Source of the DNA: an uncultured Actinomycetes bacterium
Lineage (GTDB): Bacteria; Actinomycetota; Thermoleophilia; RBG-16-64-13
Length of the DNA: 64,000 bases
Assembly: GCA_963841735.1 (NCBI GenBank)
Contig: CAWJDT010000001.1
Span: forward strand, 256,001-320,000
Direction: 5' to 3'
Part shown: in pieces, positions 63,748 through 64,000 of the stretch
Position numbering within the stretch: position 1 is the first letter of the stretch
How the letters are laid out: each line of letters begins with the position of its first letter
Program-made: the position numbers and the translations under genes
The notes under the pieces: generated by a model
Told to the model about the DNA's origin: nothing
What the model saw: only the letters and a program-made list of their open reading frames with translations
Database searches by the model: none

Positions 63748-64000
63748 TCCTCGCCCTCGTTGGAGGGGATCCCGAGCAGCCCAGTGGGCCGGAAGTACAA
63801 GAACAGAATGAGAATGGCGTAGGCGATAGCGTCCTCGTTACCCGCGGGCACGAAACCCAGCGACAGGTTCTGGATGATGCCCAACGCGAGACCGCCAACC
63901 ACCGCACCGCTGCTGGAGCCCCAGCCACCCAGAATGGCAGCCACAAAACCGCTCAAGGCAAACATGCCACCCGACATGTACGTGGTCTGGCTGATGGGGT
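63744..64000 (-). CDS. livH: HAAT permease LivH (3' part, 5' end off the window)
   Basis: FVAAILGGWG...GAVVGGL, LYFRPTGLLG. Stop overlaps the next ATG. Confidence 0.85.
   Translation of the reverse strand, partial: PISQTTYMSGGMFALSGFVAAILGGWGSSSGAVVGGLALGIIQNLSLGFVPAGNEDAIAYAILILFLYFRPTGLLGIPSNEGEE

Overview
High-GC bacterial chromosomal window. By inference it is from an anaerobic monoderm Actinomycetota (Thermoleophilia/Coriobacteriia-like): all solute-binding proteins are lipoproteins, most with Thr-rich tethers, and there are leaderless promoters and CWB2 domains. Contents from left to right: an opp/dpp ABC operon; a triple OB-fold lipoprotein divergent from a NarL-type two-component system; an orphan DctP directly behind tRNA-Thr(CGT); core topA-tmk-holB-ricT; STAS and TPR genes; a large CWB2/NlpC-P60/amidase autolysin with a structured leader; an 11-subunit complex I (nuoABCDHIJKLMN, no nuoEFG); tatC; a FadR-HAD fusion; a P-type ATPase; tag-ackA-xfp; and a catabolic island from ~46 kb to the window edge. 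The main result is that this island carries adjacent homologs of gut-bacterial flavone/flavonol reductase (FLR) and bacterial chalcone isomerase (CHI). They sit with two ABC importers, an esterase, a divergent M29/NicX-like enzyme, a tungsten AOR with MoaD and an amidohydrolase-2 decarboxylase, suggesting an anaerobic flavonoid-degradation system in a new lineage. FLR and CHI were recognised from recalled sequences and need a database check. Many genes at ~15.6-32.2 kb and ~53-55 kb carry indels that look like long-read consensus errors.
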